From the human T2T-CHM13v2.0 reference genome, Homo sapiens, in NCBI RefSeq assembly GCF_009914755.1, contig NC_060925.1: a DNA stretch of 64,000 bases, one strand, 5' to 3'. A model generated the notes under the pieces. It was not told the DNA's origin. It worked only from the letters and a program-made list of their open reading frames with translations, and did no database searches. Numbering within the stretch: position 1 is the stretch's first letter; every line of letters starts with the position of its first letter. The translations under genes and the position numbers were made by a program. Positions 1 to 12,900 of this stretch are shown here, piece after piece.

Positions 1-390
1 ACACTTTCCTCCTTCTCATCAAGCTTATAATGTTGTAAAAATCCAGGTTGCTGATCCACCATTCTTGCCTGATTCTGGCAGACTCTTACTCATCCCTTTG
101 TCACAGTTCAAATGTCACCTAACGTTTGGTAGATTCTCTGATATTCCTAGTCATCAAAGTACTTGGTTCCTTCCTATTTGCTTCCATAGGATTCTGTACA
201 TGCCTATTTTTATGGTTGACCACATTATATTGTTAGCGTATGTTTACAAATATCTTGTCTCTTTTGCTGGACTATGAGCCTCTCAATGCAAAAGGCTCCC
301 CAGTTTTGTTCAAATTTTAAAGGCTGCAGCAACAAAACAGGTAATTATTCTCAATAAACGTCTGTTGATGTATGAACGAATTAATAAACA
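1..390 (+). mobile_element. L2 LINE 3' end relic
   Basis: Degenerate L2 3' terminus: 'ggactatgagcctctc...ctcaataaacgtctgttgatgtatgaacgaattaat', resembling the L2 (TGAA)n tail. Confidence 0.6.
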
Positions 391-2354
391 AATGAAAATC
401 AATCACACATTATAACTATGACTTAATTCAAAATTTTAGGATATTTCCTGAAAGATGAATACAGCTTAAAAGGAGGCTAAAGAAGAGATAGTTTACCAGG
501 TTTGGAAAGCAAGAAAGGCATGATGGAGAGGGTAGAAGTTCATAAGAGCCTCAAAAGATAGAAAGGATCACAATAAAAAAATGAATCTTGGGGTATTCTG
601 GGTCTATGGATTAACCCGAGCAAAAGCACTGGGCTGCGAAAGTTGGAACAGGGGTATGGTTTATGCATGTTTGGAGGCCAGTATGAAATCCCATTCACGA
701 AGCCGTTAGAAAACCAGGATAGGAAGGGAGGTTAGAACCATTTTGAAGGACCTTGAAAGAGTGAAGAATTTATTGTGAATTTTATAGGTTGTGTGCATAG
801 TATATGTGTGTAGGAGGTGACAAGGAATATATTTTAGGAAAATAAAAGTTACTCAGGAAAATAGTTCCAGCAATATATAAATTATACCTGGATGTAAGGG
901 TCGTGTAGGAGTGAGAATGCAGAGATGCAGGTAGAGACCAAATGGGAGGCTAGAGGAAGGAAATTTAGGTTAGGGTAGTGGGGTCAGAGACACACTTATA
1001 GGAAAACTACCAGGTCAATTGCCTTAGCTTTGGGGCACCACATATTACATAGCAGCATACCTCCCAAGTATTCACAAAGGGAATACATTAAAACCTCTAT
1101 CCCCCAGTAACTCGAGAGCAAGATTTCAGTGCTGCTGCTATATAAAATGAATGAGGACCAGCTCTGATTTTACAGAGCTTTTTTAGCCCAAAAAGGAGAC
1201 AAAGAAGCGCACAAGCAACTGTAATCTTAGATAGGGTATGATAAGTGACAAAGGCATATGAAAAAGAGATCCCAAAGGTTCAGAGCTCTAGTTCTTGTGA
1301 GCTGCTTTGCAATCTTACCTTCTTAAGACGGCTTTACTCTGTATTCATGTCTAACTCTGCTAGTTAATGTTAGTAAAGTTAGGAAAGGTATAACCTCAGG
1401 AATGTCACTTAACCTTCCTGGGATTTATTTTGTCATCTGTTGCCTATTGATAACTTAAATTATGTTTGTTTGCTTCAGTTATGGAATATTATCTATCTTC
1501 GATCTCCAGTCACTATGCCCACTCACTTGTGGGATACTCCACAGGTTTCATCTTCCCTGTGCAGAGCTGACCATTCAACTGGTTGTGACCAAGGGTTTCT
1601 ATAAATTTTGAGCAACTGGAGAACTTTTCAGCACAAGGAGCTTGCTTAGCTCCCTGTTGGGTGGGGTTTAGAGCCAGCTCCATAGTCTCTCTACTCCTTT
1701 TATGGAAAGGCTCCTGCCTTTCCATAAATAATCAGTAGGAACATACTCCAAAACAGCTCCTAAATGGAGCAATGTATAATGTGTATGCCTGAAACATTCC
1801 AGACAATGACATGTCCATCTGGTTGGTACTGACTAGGAGTGTTAAGCATTTGGTGAGGTCTAGATAAGTGAGGAAGATATATGATACTTAAAGGATATAG
1901 ACAAGGGGAAGAATTTCTGGAGGGATAATAACAAGAGCAAAGGCACGAAGGAAGAAATTGATATGGATAGAATAGTAAAGAAATATTCTAGATTTAGAAA
2001 AAAGGTTTGTAGAAAGTCATAAAGAAAATAATATGAGGAGAGAAACATTCATTCAACATGGAAGCACAGGGAGACAAATTTGAGTTTACTTCAAGAAAAA
2101 CTTTTTACATTATCACCAGAGATACATTTGTTAAGAGAAAGACTGGGCTTCCTTGGAAGGTGATATGTGGCTTGTGGCTAAAAGAATATGAGTGGAGACT
2201 GAATGTCAACTTTGGGAAGCTGTTGTCGGGGATATTCCTACCTCAACTAGGCAACTGGCATTAAATTATGAACTCCAAAATTGGAAGGGAATTTAATAAA
2301 TAGTATAATCTTGATAATGTGATAAGAAATGAGAAAAATGGTACAGAAGAACAG

Positions 2355-2540
2355 ACAAGAAAGGGAAAAGAAGGAGGGAGGGAATGAGGGAAGGAAAGAG
2401 ACAGAGAAGAGATGGAGGAAAGGAGGGAGGATGGAAGGAAGGAATTAAATAAGAAAAAGATAGAAAGAGAAAAATAAGAAAGTTATTGAGGGAGGGAAGA
2501 AAGGAGGGAAGGGGATGGAGGAAGGAAGGAAGAAAGGGAT
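2355..2540. repeat. GA-rich low-complexity tract, degenerate (GGAA/GGGA)n
   Basis: Nearly purine-only run 'aaggagggagggaatgagggaaggaaagag...gaaggaaggaagaaaggga'. Confidence 0.9.
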
Positions 2541-4577
2541 GCATGGTTGAATCATGCCCAAATTGGTACACTAAGCACAGGTCCTCTCAACTCAATACTA
2601 TTAATAATAATAAACTCCTGGGGTCTATCCACCCATGAATTTATGATTATGTAACCAACCATGAATAGGACATGGATGCTTCTAGTAATGAAAAATAAGG
2701 AAGAGGGGCCCAGCTTTAGATTCTGGACCCTTTCAAGAAGAAAAACAACAGCTAGCTAACAAGGCATTCTAATTGACTGCATCTTGTGGACCTTAAAAGT
2801 GTCAGAGCAATTTAACATTTAACAACTAAATAATATATTTCACATCCCTGCCTGGGAAATTTAATAAACTGTGGTGCCTTCAGGGACCCAGCTTCATATA
2901 AATTAACTGCCTTCAACTTGGAGCATCGGGGTCTTTATCTTTTGTCAGCTTAATTATGTGTTTAATTTTACTTTTAACATTTTTAAAAATGACCCACACT
3001 AACAACAGCCTCAATTGTTTAATTAAACAAATGGATACTGTTATATCTGGCATGATCGAAACTCTAATTTGTCATGTTAATGTTTTGTAGGGAGCCAAGA
3101 ACTCCATGATGGTACTCAGGCAAATCATGCACTCCAAAGTCTATCTGCCTACCTTTCCAGAGTAATTTAGTGGTTTAACTTGGTTCTGTAGCTATCTTAA
3201 TACTAATTTGTAACCGAGTCTCCCGGAACTCTAGTATGTTATTAGGTATTTATATAATTTATCTTTGTAGAAAACTTTGCATGGTGTAGATTATAGACTT
3301 GAGTTGAATAAAGTATACATCCAGAACAATTTAAGCTCCCAAAGTATTAAAGTCCATAGGCAATACATCAGTCTATAGCCACTAGTCCTCTTTACATCCT
3401 TATACCTCCTGTCAAACCATTACTCACATTTCCAAATATATCACCTTTATGCCAATTCTAACCTGGCTCTTCATAGTTCTGTTCAGCTTTTACTTCATAA
3501 TTACATAAAAGCAGGAGTCTTAACCCTTTGTTACACCCAGAATCTTAGCCTTGACCTCTTGCACTGGCTTGCTTACTAGTCTATAACCTAACTTACTGAT
3601 AATCCTCATGACTTTTAACTTCATGATTCTTTTCTTCCCCATTTTGGATCAAGATTAATTTCATGTTTCAGGAACACATTAATAGCCCTTTCAATATAGC
3701 TTGGTGTCCACAACAGTCTAGATGACCACACCCAATGTTTATACTGTGGTTTCTTGTAGAGCTTCTGAATGTCTCTTACCTAACCTTTTCCACACATAAT
3801 TGTTAGTTTTCCTACAAAAAGCTTTGATCATTGCCTTCCTGCCTAAAAGCCATTCAGTAATTTCACATTGTCACCCGTATAAAATACAAGTTTCTTAACA
3901 AGATAATCAATACCTTTCAAACTTTAGCTCAAGGCCAATATGTTAAACTTATCTGCCTCTAGTTTTCTATTACTATATTTATATGTTGACAGAATATAGA
4001 CCTCTCATTTTTGCTGGAATGTAGTCTACACACTCTCTCTTTCACACTTTTGCTCACATTTTTTCCATATGCCTAGTTATCATTATTTCTACTTCTCTAT
4101 CTGACAGAAGAGATACCCTCTACTAGAAAGCCTACCATAATTTCTTGATTCTATTAACATGAGCTGGGTCAATGATCACATCACCATATCATTCATTACT
4201 CAAAGAAGGCTGGCCTCATGAATGGACCAGGCACCTGCCTAGGTCTTTGAGCTCTATAAAGGCTCCACTGCTCCTTCCCAAAGGGAGGATATTTCCTTAG
4301 GCTGAGGCCTAGAGAATGAAAAGGAGTGGCTATAGAAAGAGCATAGCAGGCCAAAGGACCATTATATACAAAGGTAGAAAATAAATCATTGTATTCTAGG
4401 AATTCCATGTGCTCTATGTTATGATTCAACTGAGATTCAGAATAGGAAGAAAAAAATTATATTTGTTTTAGAGAATGTTGCGTACACCGAATTAAATTAG
4501 TGCAAATCCATGCTTCATGAAACACTCTCATCATCTGTCTGCACATGACCTTATTGTACTTTATTTTGTTTTGTCTA

Positions 4578-4890
4578 CAGTTGGTTCTCTGCAGGTTCTG
4601 CATCCACAGATTAAACCAACAGTGGATTAAAAATACTATTTTAAAAATAATAAAAATAACAATACAACAATAATATAATTCTATTAAAAATATAGTATAA
4701 CAACTATTTACATAGCATTCACATTGTCTTAGGTATTTAAAGTAATCCAGAGATAATTTTAAGTGTATGGGAGGATGTGTAGGTTATATGCAAATGCTAT
4801 CCCATTTTATATAAGGGACTTGAGCAGCCATAGATTTTGATATCCGAGGGGGCTCCTGGAACGAATACCTAAGAACACTAAACCATGCCT
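4578..4890. mobile_element. MER2 (Tigger/TcMar DNA transposon, non-autonomous)
   Basis: 'tacagttgg...ggttctgcatccacagatt...caactatttacatagcattcacattgtcttaggtatt...ggaggatgtgtaggttatatgcaaatgctatcccattttatataagggacttgagca' matches recalled MER2 consensus; begins after a TA. Confidence 0.85.
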
Positions 4891-4929
4891 ATATTTTTTT
4901 TTAAATAAATTCTAGATTTTACCATTATG

Positions 4930-5060
4930 ACCAGGGCTACTATGATCAATCTTGTATCTTGATGCACATGTTAAGAGTTTCTTTCGAATACTTACCTAAA
5001 AGTAGAATTGCTGGCTATTAATGTAAATGTCCAGTGTTTACAAGATAATGCCAAATTGCT
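4930..5060 (-). mobile_element. Old L1M (L1ME-like) fragment
   Basis: 'tacttacctaaaagtagaattgctgg...agataatgccaaattgct' is typical antisense L1 ORF2 3' region. Confidence 0.6.
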
Positions 5061-5870
5061 GTGATCTGGAGGATAGCAATTAGAGAAATAGTCCAGATGA
5101 GAATACTCAACCAAGTTATTCACCTCCCCAGATTGCTCAAGCATGTTTTTTCCTTGATGCTACCAATAACCCTATGGAAAGATCACCTGGCACCAACCAC
5201 AGTCTTGGAGGTTGCAGAAGAAAGGGTTTATCTTAGTTAGAGTGAGGCTTTTGAGCTCCTTTGCTACCTTTATGGTGGGGGTCATGTTGCCTTGGCACTC
5301 TGCCTGTTCAGCTAGCTAGGCCTATTGTGGGTGCAGCCCTAGATTTTTGTTTTAGGAATGACCCAGCAGAGCTTGGCTTCATGTCTTGCTTCATGCAACT
5401 CTTGCCACCTGCACCAAGGACTTCCCTGTTGTTGCTGAGGTACAATAACTATGGTACCTGCTTGATGCCCACACACTTATATTGGCTCACCTAACTGGAT
5501 CCATGGGGCTTCAGGCCACAGGTGGGCCAGGATGGAGTGCACTGGTTGCATACCATCCATCTCCTTAGTGGCTCATTCTGTATCCTATGATTCACTCTGC
5601 TGATGTCTCTGCTGCTGTCAGCAGCCGCTGGGGACCAGGTGGCACAACCTAATGTATGGAGGGATTGATGCTTTATAGGGCACATTTTTCACTAATGGGA
5701 AATGAGAAAGACTGAGAAACAAAGCTGTGGTCAGCTGGTAACCTGCATATGTATGCTTCCTATATCTCTTCTCCATATTAATTCCCTTTTTGTCTCACTC
5801 TTGGTGCCCTGAGATTGCCTCCAACCCAAATTGAAAAGCCGTATTAGCATAAGTTTTTGCCTCAGGGAAG
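5060..5870 (+). mobile_element. ERVL LTR, LTR16-family-like
   Basis: 3' part 'cccttttTgtctcactcttggtgccctgagattgcctcc...tattagcataagtttttgcctcagg' resembles the LTR16 3' end; higher GC than flanks; 5' boundary uncertain. Confidence 0.5.
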
Positions 5871-6199
5871 CCAAGTAGCATTTTAGACTAGCAAAGCCAT
5901 ATAAGAGAAAGTATAATACTAAAGCAGTGGAAGTGTCACAGTTGTAGGAAGGAAGGAAACTCAGCTCAGCTGTAGCACAGTACTTACCCTCTGCTCTAAC
6001 TCACAGATTGCCTGGCCAGTTAAATAGCTGGTTATATCTTGCCCCATGATCCCTCCTGATCTGTATAACAACTGGATTATTCCTTGCTGAATGGATTACA
6101 TCGGTCTATTTCTACTCCTATAAGGGCTTGCATTTTTCTGTTTCACTTTTTGCAGCTTCATCAGTTCCAACCCAGATCATCCATGTCATGTGGTCACAT

Positions 6200-6375
6200 A
6201 TTTTGTTTTATTGAGGTGAAACTCATATAACAAAATTAACTGCAATTTTAAAGTAAACAATTCAGTGACATTTAACACAGTCACAACAATGTTTTGCAAC
6301 CACCACCTCTATCGAGTTCTGAAACATTTTCATCACTTCAGAAGGCAGCCCATTAAGCAGTTATTTCCCATCCTG
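6200..6375 (-). mobile_element. L1MB 3' end fragment
   Basis: 'ttttattgaggtgaaactcatataacaaaattaac...ttttaaagtaaacaattcagtgacattt...gcaaccaccacctctatc...catcact...cccattaagcag'. Confidence 0.8.
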
Positions 6376-6400
6376 CTTAGGGGATGAAGTCTAAATCCAT

Positions 6401-6614
6401 GTGTATTGAGTGATTCTATGTGCCGGGCACCATCTGCCTTACTACTTTTAGGTCACTCCATCCATACGCCAAGCCTATAAAGTTAGACTTTTTTCTCTGG
6501 TTTTGCAGATGAGAAAACTGAGGTTCAAAGAGGTTAGGTGAGATATTCAGATGACCAGAATCCAAGTTTGCATAAAGACAAACCCCATGCCTTTCCACTA
6601 AACCATGCTGCCTC
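6401..6614 (-). mobile_element. MIR SINE
   Basis: Core 'ttttgcagatgagaaaactgaggttcaaagaggttaggtga' and 5' end 'ctttccactaaaccatgctgcctc'. Confidence 0.85.
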
Positions 6615-6631
6615 AAAATTGTGAATATTTT

Positions 6632-7419
6632 TCTCACTTATAAGTGGGAGCTAAGCAATGGGTATGCAAAGGCATACTGAGTGGTATAATGGATTTTGGA
6701 GACTCAGAAGGGGGAAGAGCAGGAGGGGAGTGAGGGATTAAAAAAGTACAAATTGGGTACAATGTACACAACTCACGTGATGGATGCACTAAAACGTCAG
6801 GCTTCACCACTGTACAATTCATCCAGGTAACCAAAAACCACATGTACCCCAAAAGCTAATGAAATAAAAAGTATATATAAATTTATATTCATATAAATAT
6901 ATTATAAATTTATATTCATATAAATATGTTATAAATTTATATTCATATAAATATGTTATAAATTTATATTCATATAAATATATTATAAATTTATATTCAT
7001 ATAAATATATTATAAATTTATATTCATATAAATATGTTATAAATTTATATTCATATAAATATCATATATTATATATTTATATTTTGTCTCACTCTTGGTT
7101 CCATGAGTAAGTTATTGTATATTTATATAATATATATTTATGTAAAAATATTTATATATAAATAAATATATATGTTTATATAATATATAAATTTATTTTA
7201 TATAAATTTATATATTTATATTCATATATATTTATAAATTACTATAATATATGTATATATAAATATATACATTAATATACAAATATGTTTACATTTAAAT
7301 ATTTGTATTTATACATAAACATAAACATTTATATATTAATGTGTATATATTCATTAATACACTGAATGTCAAATATATAAACTATATATGTTTTAAATAT
7401 GTGTATATATATATATATG
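6632..7419 (+). mobile_element. 5'-truncated L1PB-type 3' end with a greatly expanded AT-rich tail
   Basis: 'ttctcacttataagtgggagctaagc...gactcagaaggggg...gggtacaatgtacac...cttcaccactgtacaattcatccaggtaaccaaaaaccacatgtaccccaaaagc'; flanking TSD aattgtgaatatttt (6617-6631) / aattgtgactatttt (7420-7434). Confidence 0.85.
6876..7062. repeat. 27-bp AT-rich minisatellite, about 7 copies (TATAAATTTATATTCATATAAATATRT)
   Basis: Units start at 6876, 6903, 6930, 6957, 6984, 7011 and 7038, differing only by A/G near the unit end. Confidence 0.95.
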
Positions 7420-7504
7420 AATTGTGACTATTTTGAGAACATTTAAAACTTATCCTTGGATAAATATAACAATATTAAACCTTAAATAGTTGATTCTTTG
7501 TTAT

Positions 7505-7897
7505 GGTAGTTATCTATTTCTATATGACAAATCACCCAAAAGCTTAGTAAGTTACAGTAACAGCGCCATTTATTTGCACAAAATTATGTCCATTAGGAAT
7601 TTGGTCTAGACTCAGCTGGGTAGTTTGACAGCTTCTTCACATAATAACAGAAGCATTCTAATAGCACCGAAGCAGATATGGCAAGGGCTCTTAATGTCCG
7701 TATGGCTTCAGAAATCACAAAGTGTTTCTTCTGACACATTCTAGTGGTCAAAACAAGTCTTAAGGCCAGTCCAGACTGAAAGCCTGGGAAATAGATTCCA
7801 CATCTTATAAGAAAGTGTTAATGTCACATTGCAAAAGGGTATGAACTCAGGGAGGTGTGTTTCATTGGAGGCTATAACTGTAAGAATCTACCATACA
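7505..7897 (-). mobile_element. MLT1 (MaLR) LTR, MLT1H/J-like
   Basis: 'atgacaaatcacccaaaagcttagt...gactcagctgggtagtt...cacattctagtggtcaaaacaagtcttaaggccagtccagact...atagattccacatctt'. Confidence 0.7.
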
Positions 7898-8574
7898 TAT
7901 TCTACAGTTAATTCCCTAACCGATTGCTTTTCACTTTGTAATGTTCCAGGCACAAGGACCCCTTCAAGTGTTATTTGGGGAGAGGAAACAAAGGCATCAT
8001 TCAAAATCATTATTCTGCTGCCTATAGTGGGTGGACAGATATGAGGTCTGAATATTCTGTTTCCATGTGTGTGGGTTACACACCACCTATATTCATCAGT
8101 GTACTCCAGTACAAGGCTTGATCACAGCCCATATTTCAAGTGATTTTCAGATCCAACCAAAACACTTCAGTTCCAAATGGGTTTAGAGTAGAAACAGATT
8201 AACATTTTAAAAAGACTTTTTTTTTTCCTGCAAGGATATATCTAGAAATAAACCCTGGAAACGAGTGATGTAGGAGAATAACTCACATATGTTTCTAACT
8301 ATTAGAAGTGAAGGAACTACAATATGATAGTCATTCCACTGACCATCACCCTTCCTTGGGTGTCTTGTTCCTTCCTTACATGCCAATTCAGAAAGTATGA
8401 TCAATGACTGTAATGTTGCTTGCTCTGTGGCCTGAAATTATCTCTTTCTCCAGTACCTTTGTATATCCTTCAGGGAGACACTCACTTTTTCCTCTGTGCC
8501 CACGCCCTAATATACTACATGTATATGATTATCACAGTTTATCAATATGTTTTTCTATGGAAGCCAAGAGAAAT

Positions 8575-8770
8575 TTGTTGATATACCATGGGCAGATACT
8601 AGACTAAGAGCTAAACAAGAATTATTGCATTTAATCCTTATACCAATCCCTATTATCACTATCTTAGAGACAGGGACATTTAAGCACAGAGATAATAACC
8701 TGTGCAAATCACATAAATAGTAAATAGTGGAGCTGATATTTAAACTCAAAACAACTAATGCTAGAGACAG
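8575..8770 (-). mobile_element. MIR SINE
   Basis: 'catttaatcctta...tattatcactatcttagagacagggacatttaagcacagaga...gtaaatagtggagctg'. Confidence 0.65.
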
Positions 8771-8904
8771 ACCATAATCTTAGTCACCAAAATATATTTC
8801 TTCCCTATGTTCCAGCTATTATAGAGGATAAAAAACAGACACAGATGACTAAGAACGAGTAACAAATTTCCAGATCCTTATGATCTAATAGAGGAGATGG
8901 ACAC

Positions 8905-9912
<1,008 letters not shown>

Positions 9913-9939
9913 TTAAGACAGAAAGGAAAAAGAACAATC

Positions 9940-10186
9940 TTTTATTCAATGCCTATTACGTATGAAGCCTAAGGCTAGTTGTTTTGTTTATATTTGTTCA
10001 TTTAACTCAAAAAATAATCGTGTGAAATAGATACTCATGCCATTATTTTACTGATTGGAATACAGCTCAAAGAGGTTAATTTAACTCCTCCAAACCCAAT
10101 AGTAAACTAGAAAAGAGTAGAGCTAGAATTTGAACCCAGTCTATCTGTATCTGGAGTCTGTACTTTTTGCTTACACTATACTGTCT
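9940..10186 (-). mobile_element. MIR SINE
   Basis: 'gctcaaagaggttaatttaactc...agagctagaatttgaacccagtctatctg...tacactatactgtctc'. Confidence 0.75.
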
Positions 10187-10239
10187 CTAATCCCAAGAAG
10201 GACTTTGCCATTGTATATTTATTGTATTAGTCATTAAGC

Positions 10240-10530
10240 CAGTCAGACCATGTTCTAGTTGGTAGGAATACAGAGTGATCCATACAGACAAATCTCTACT
10301 CTTGGAGTTCACATTATAGTGGGAAAAGACTGACATTATACTAATGAAAAAAGATATGTCAGCATGTTATAAATGCTATATGGAGTAATAAGTATGGTAA
10401 GAGAATAATGATTGAGGGTTGGGGTTACAATTTTAAATTGTGTGGTCAGGAAAGGTGACATTTGAGCAGAGACTTCAGTGAAGTGGGTAAGTGAACCATG
10501 TGGATCTCTTGGAAGAGCTTCTAGATAGAG
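10240..10530 (-). mobile_element. L2 relic
   Basis: 'acagacaaatctctactcttggagttcacattatagtggg...gtggtcaggaaaggtgacatttgagcagagacttc'. Confidence 0.7.
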
Positions 10531-12845
10531 GAAACACAGTATAAACAGGATACACAAAAAAGACCAAGGCGTAGTTAAGAGATAAGGAGGAAAATCAGAA
10601 GAACATGCAGTTTCAAGCAAAGTAAACAAAGTGTTTAAGGATAGAGTGATCAACTGCTGCTGAGTGGTCAAGATTGAAAACTAAGCATATGATTTGTCAA
10701 CATTGGAAATAATTGGTGACCCTGAGAAGAGTAATTTTAGTGAAATGATGGGATAAAAGGCCTTGGAGTTGGGTTAAGAAACAGTGAAAGGAAAAGAGAG
10801 ATAGAAAATAGTATATTCTTTCAAAAAGTTTTTCTATATCAGAGGGAAGAGAAGTGGGGCCACAACAACTAAACAAAAATGGGCAATGAAGTTAATTTTT
10901 TTAAAGTTGAAACACTGTATCATATTTGTATGCTGATGAGACTAATCCAGTAAGAACTAGAAAACTGTGAAGTTAGAAAAAATTTTTATAAAATCTCTAT
11001 ATAGGTGAGTTGAGTTGATATTCAGGAGAAAAGATAGCCTTAGATAAAAGCTCAAATAATTTATCAATTCTAAAAGAGAAGGATGGCAAAGTTTCAAAAA
11101 ATGGATAGATTTGCAGGTTGAAGGATGTTCTCCAGGATTGCTTCTATTTCTCCCATAAAATTAAAATAAATGTCATATTTAGCAGGTAAGTTCCTTTTCC
11201 ATAATTTCATGTTTAATATGCATGGTCTCTTTCTAAGTATTCATTCTCTCATCCTTAGGGGCATTTTTGATTGATGAATTTGAAAGAACAAAATGAAATT
11301 GTTTAGGAACAGCCAACAGAGAATGTATATTCCACTGTGCTCCTCCATGTTGTTCAATCTATAGGAGAATACTCTGTTTCTGGGAAGGAAGTAGGCCTGC
11401 AGCTTTCAGCTACCTTTGACTGACTGAATTCTCTATTAGAAAGTCCACTGATATGCAGATACATGTAATATTTTCTTTATCAGCAATAAAGATGATATCT
11501 TTAATCTCTATCTGCTGACTCTTGTGCCTTTCTCTCTAGACATCCTAAACTCAAATGGCAGGGAAAAAAAAACACTGCCATCTATTCTGACCTCTGAAGT
11601 CACCATGCCCATTAACTGAGGATGAAGAAGACAGAAGGAATACTGAATGTCTGAAGAGAGAGAAAACGTTATAAAATTATCCTTTCAAAAGATGGAAGAA
11701 TAAATTCACTTGGCAAATGTGATATGGACTCACCTGAGGTTTGAAGTCATCCAAAAAGAAACCAAAAATCATGGTTTTGAGATTTTGTCCAAATTCCTTC
11801 ATTATCTCAGGTACAAATGAAAAAAAATTATTCTAATGTAGTTGGGTTTAATGAGAGTTGAGATTTTTCTAAGAAGTAAGGTATAGGGGAAAGAAGGTAA
11901 GGTAGTTAAAGGTACCTAAGAAATTATTATAAAAATAAATCATGAACTGTAAGTTGATAAGGAGGGAAATGGGCATATAAGGGGGATCAGGGGCATTGAA
12001 AGGATATTAGGATCAATGGTTTGACTTTCTAATGGTATTGAAGAATTATAAAAGCAGGAATATGGAAGGGATGGACTGAAAAGAAAGGAGATGATACAAG
12101 TATTATTGTATGTTTTCACATTTTATCATTTCTGAAAAAGGAAAGATAATGGCAACTTAATTTAGTAAAATATGGTAATAATTGATAAGGTCTAGAATAT
12201 GATAATAAATAGTGTTGCTGAGGTGGGTGAAAATCAACAAACTGAATGAAGATCAACATTCATTAAAACATTGAATGTGACATTATCAAATGACAGGAGT
12301 AGTGATAAGAACATCGGAATACAGGTGTTTTCTAAAGTGATTTCTAACTCTCATATGCTATGATTCTATTATTAAAACAAGTACAGGCAAACTTTTTACT
12401 TGATTTACTTTCTATATACAATGAGACTAAAAGATATCCATCAACTGACCAGGGTCTACAGGGTATATTATAAGTTGAATTGAAATGTCACGGGGCTGTC
12501 CTAAGTTCAAATCAAGGTCAAAGAGAAAGACAGACCTTTACTTTTGGATCTGTCACAATAACAAGTAAGTGCTATGAACTACCTGCAAAAAAGATAAGAT
12601 GCTACCTGTGTAGATGACATGGTGATGAGTGACAAGTCGTGGATACTGTTCCATAGTTTCATTCTTAATCTAAATCACTTAGACAAGAATCATTAACTCC
12701 TTTGATCAGAAGTTTTTCCTGCCCATACAATTATATACAATACACAATCACTCTAGGAGGGCATAGTGTCATGAAGGAGAAAACGATAGACTTGTTTTTC
12801 CATACTCTGTAGGTACATAGTTAAGTATTAATTCCATAAAGGTTT

Positions 12846-12900
12846 GATGATGATGACCGGTGGTGGTGATGATGATGATGGTGATGACAATGATGATGGA
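12846..12900. repeat. Imperfect (TGA/TGG)n microsatellite
   Basis: 'tgatgatgatgaccggtggtggtgatgatgatgatggtgatgacaatgatgatgga'. Confidence 0.9.

Noticed and set aside
6876-7062. Regular 27-bp repeats as a possible CRISPR-like array
   Set aside because: Units are head-to-tail with no unique spacers, there are no cas genes, and the context is eukaryotic; it is a minisatellite.
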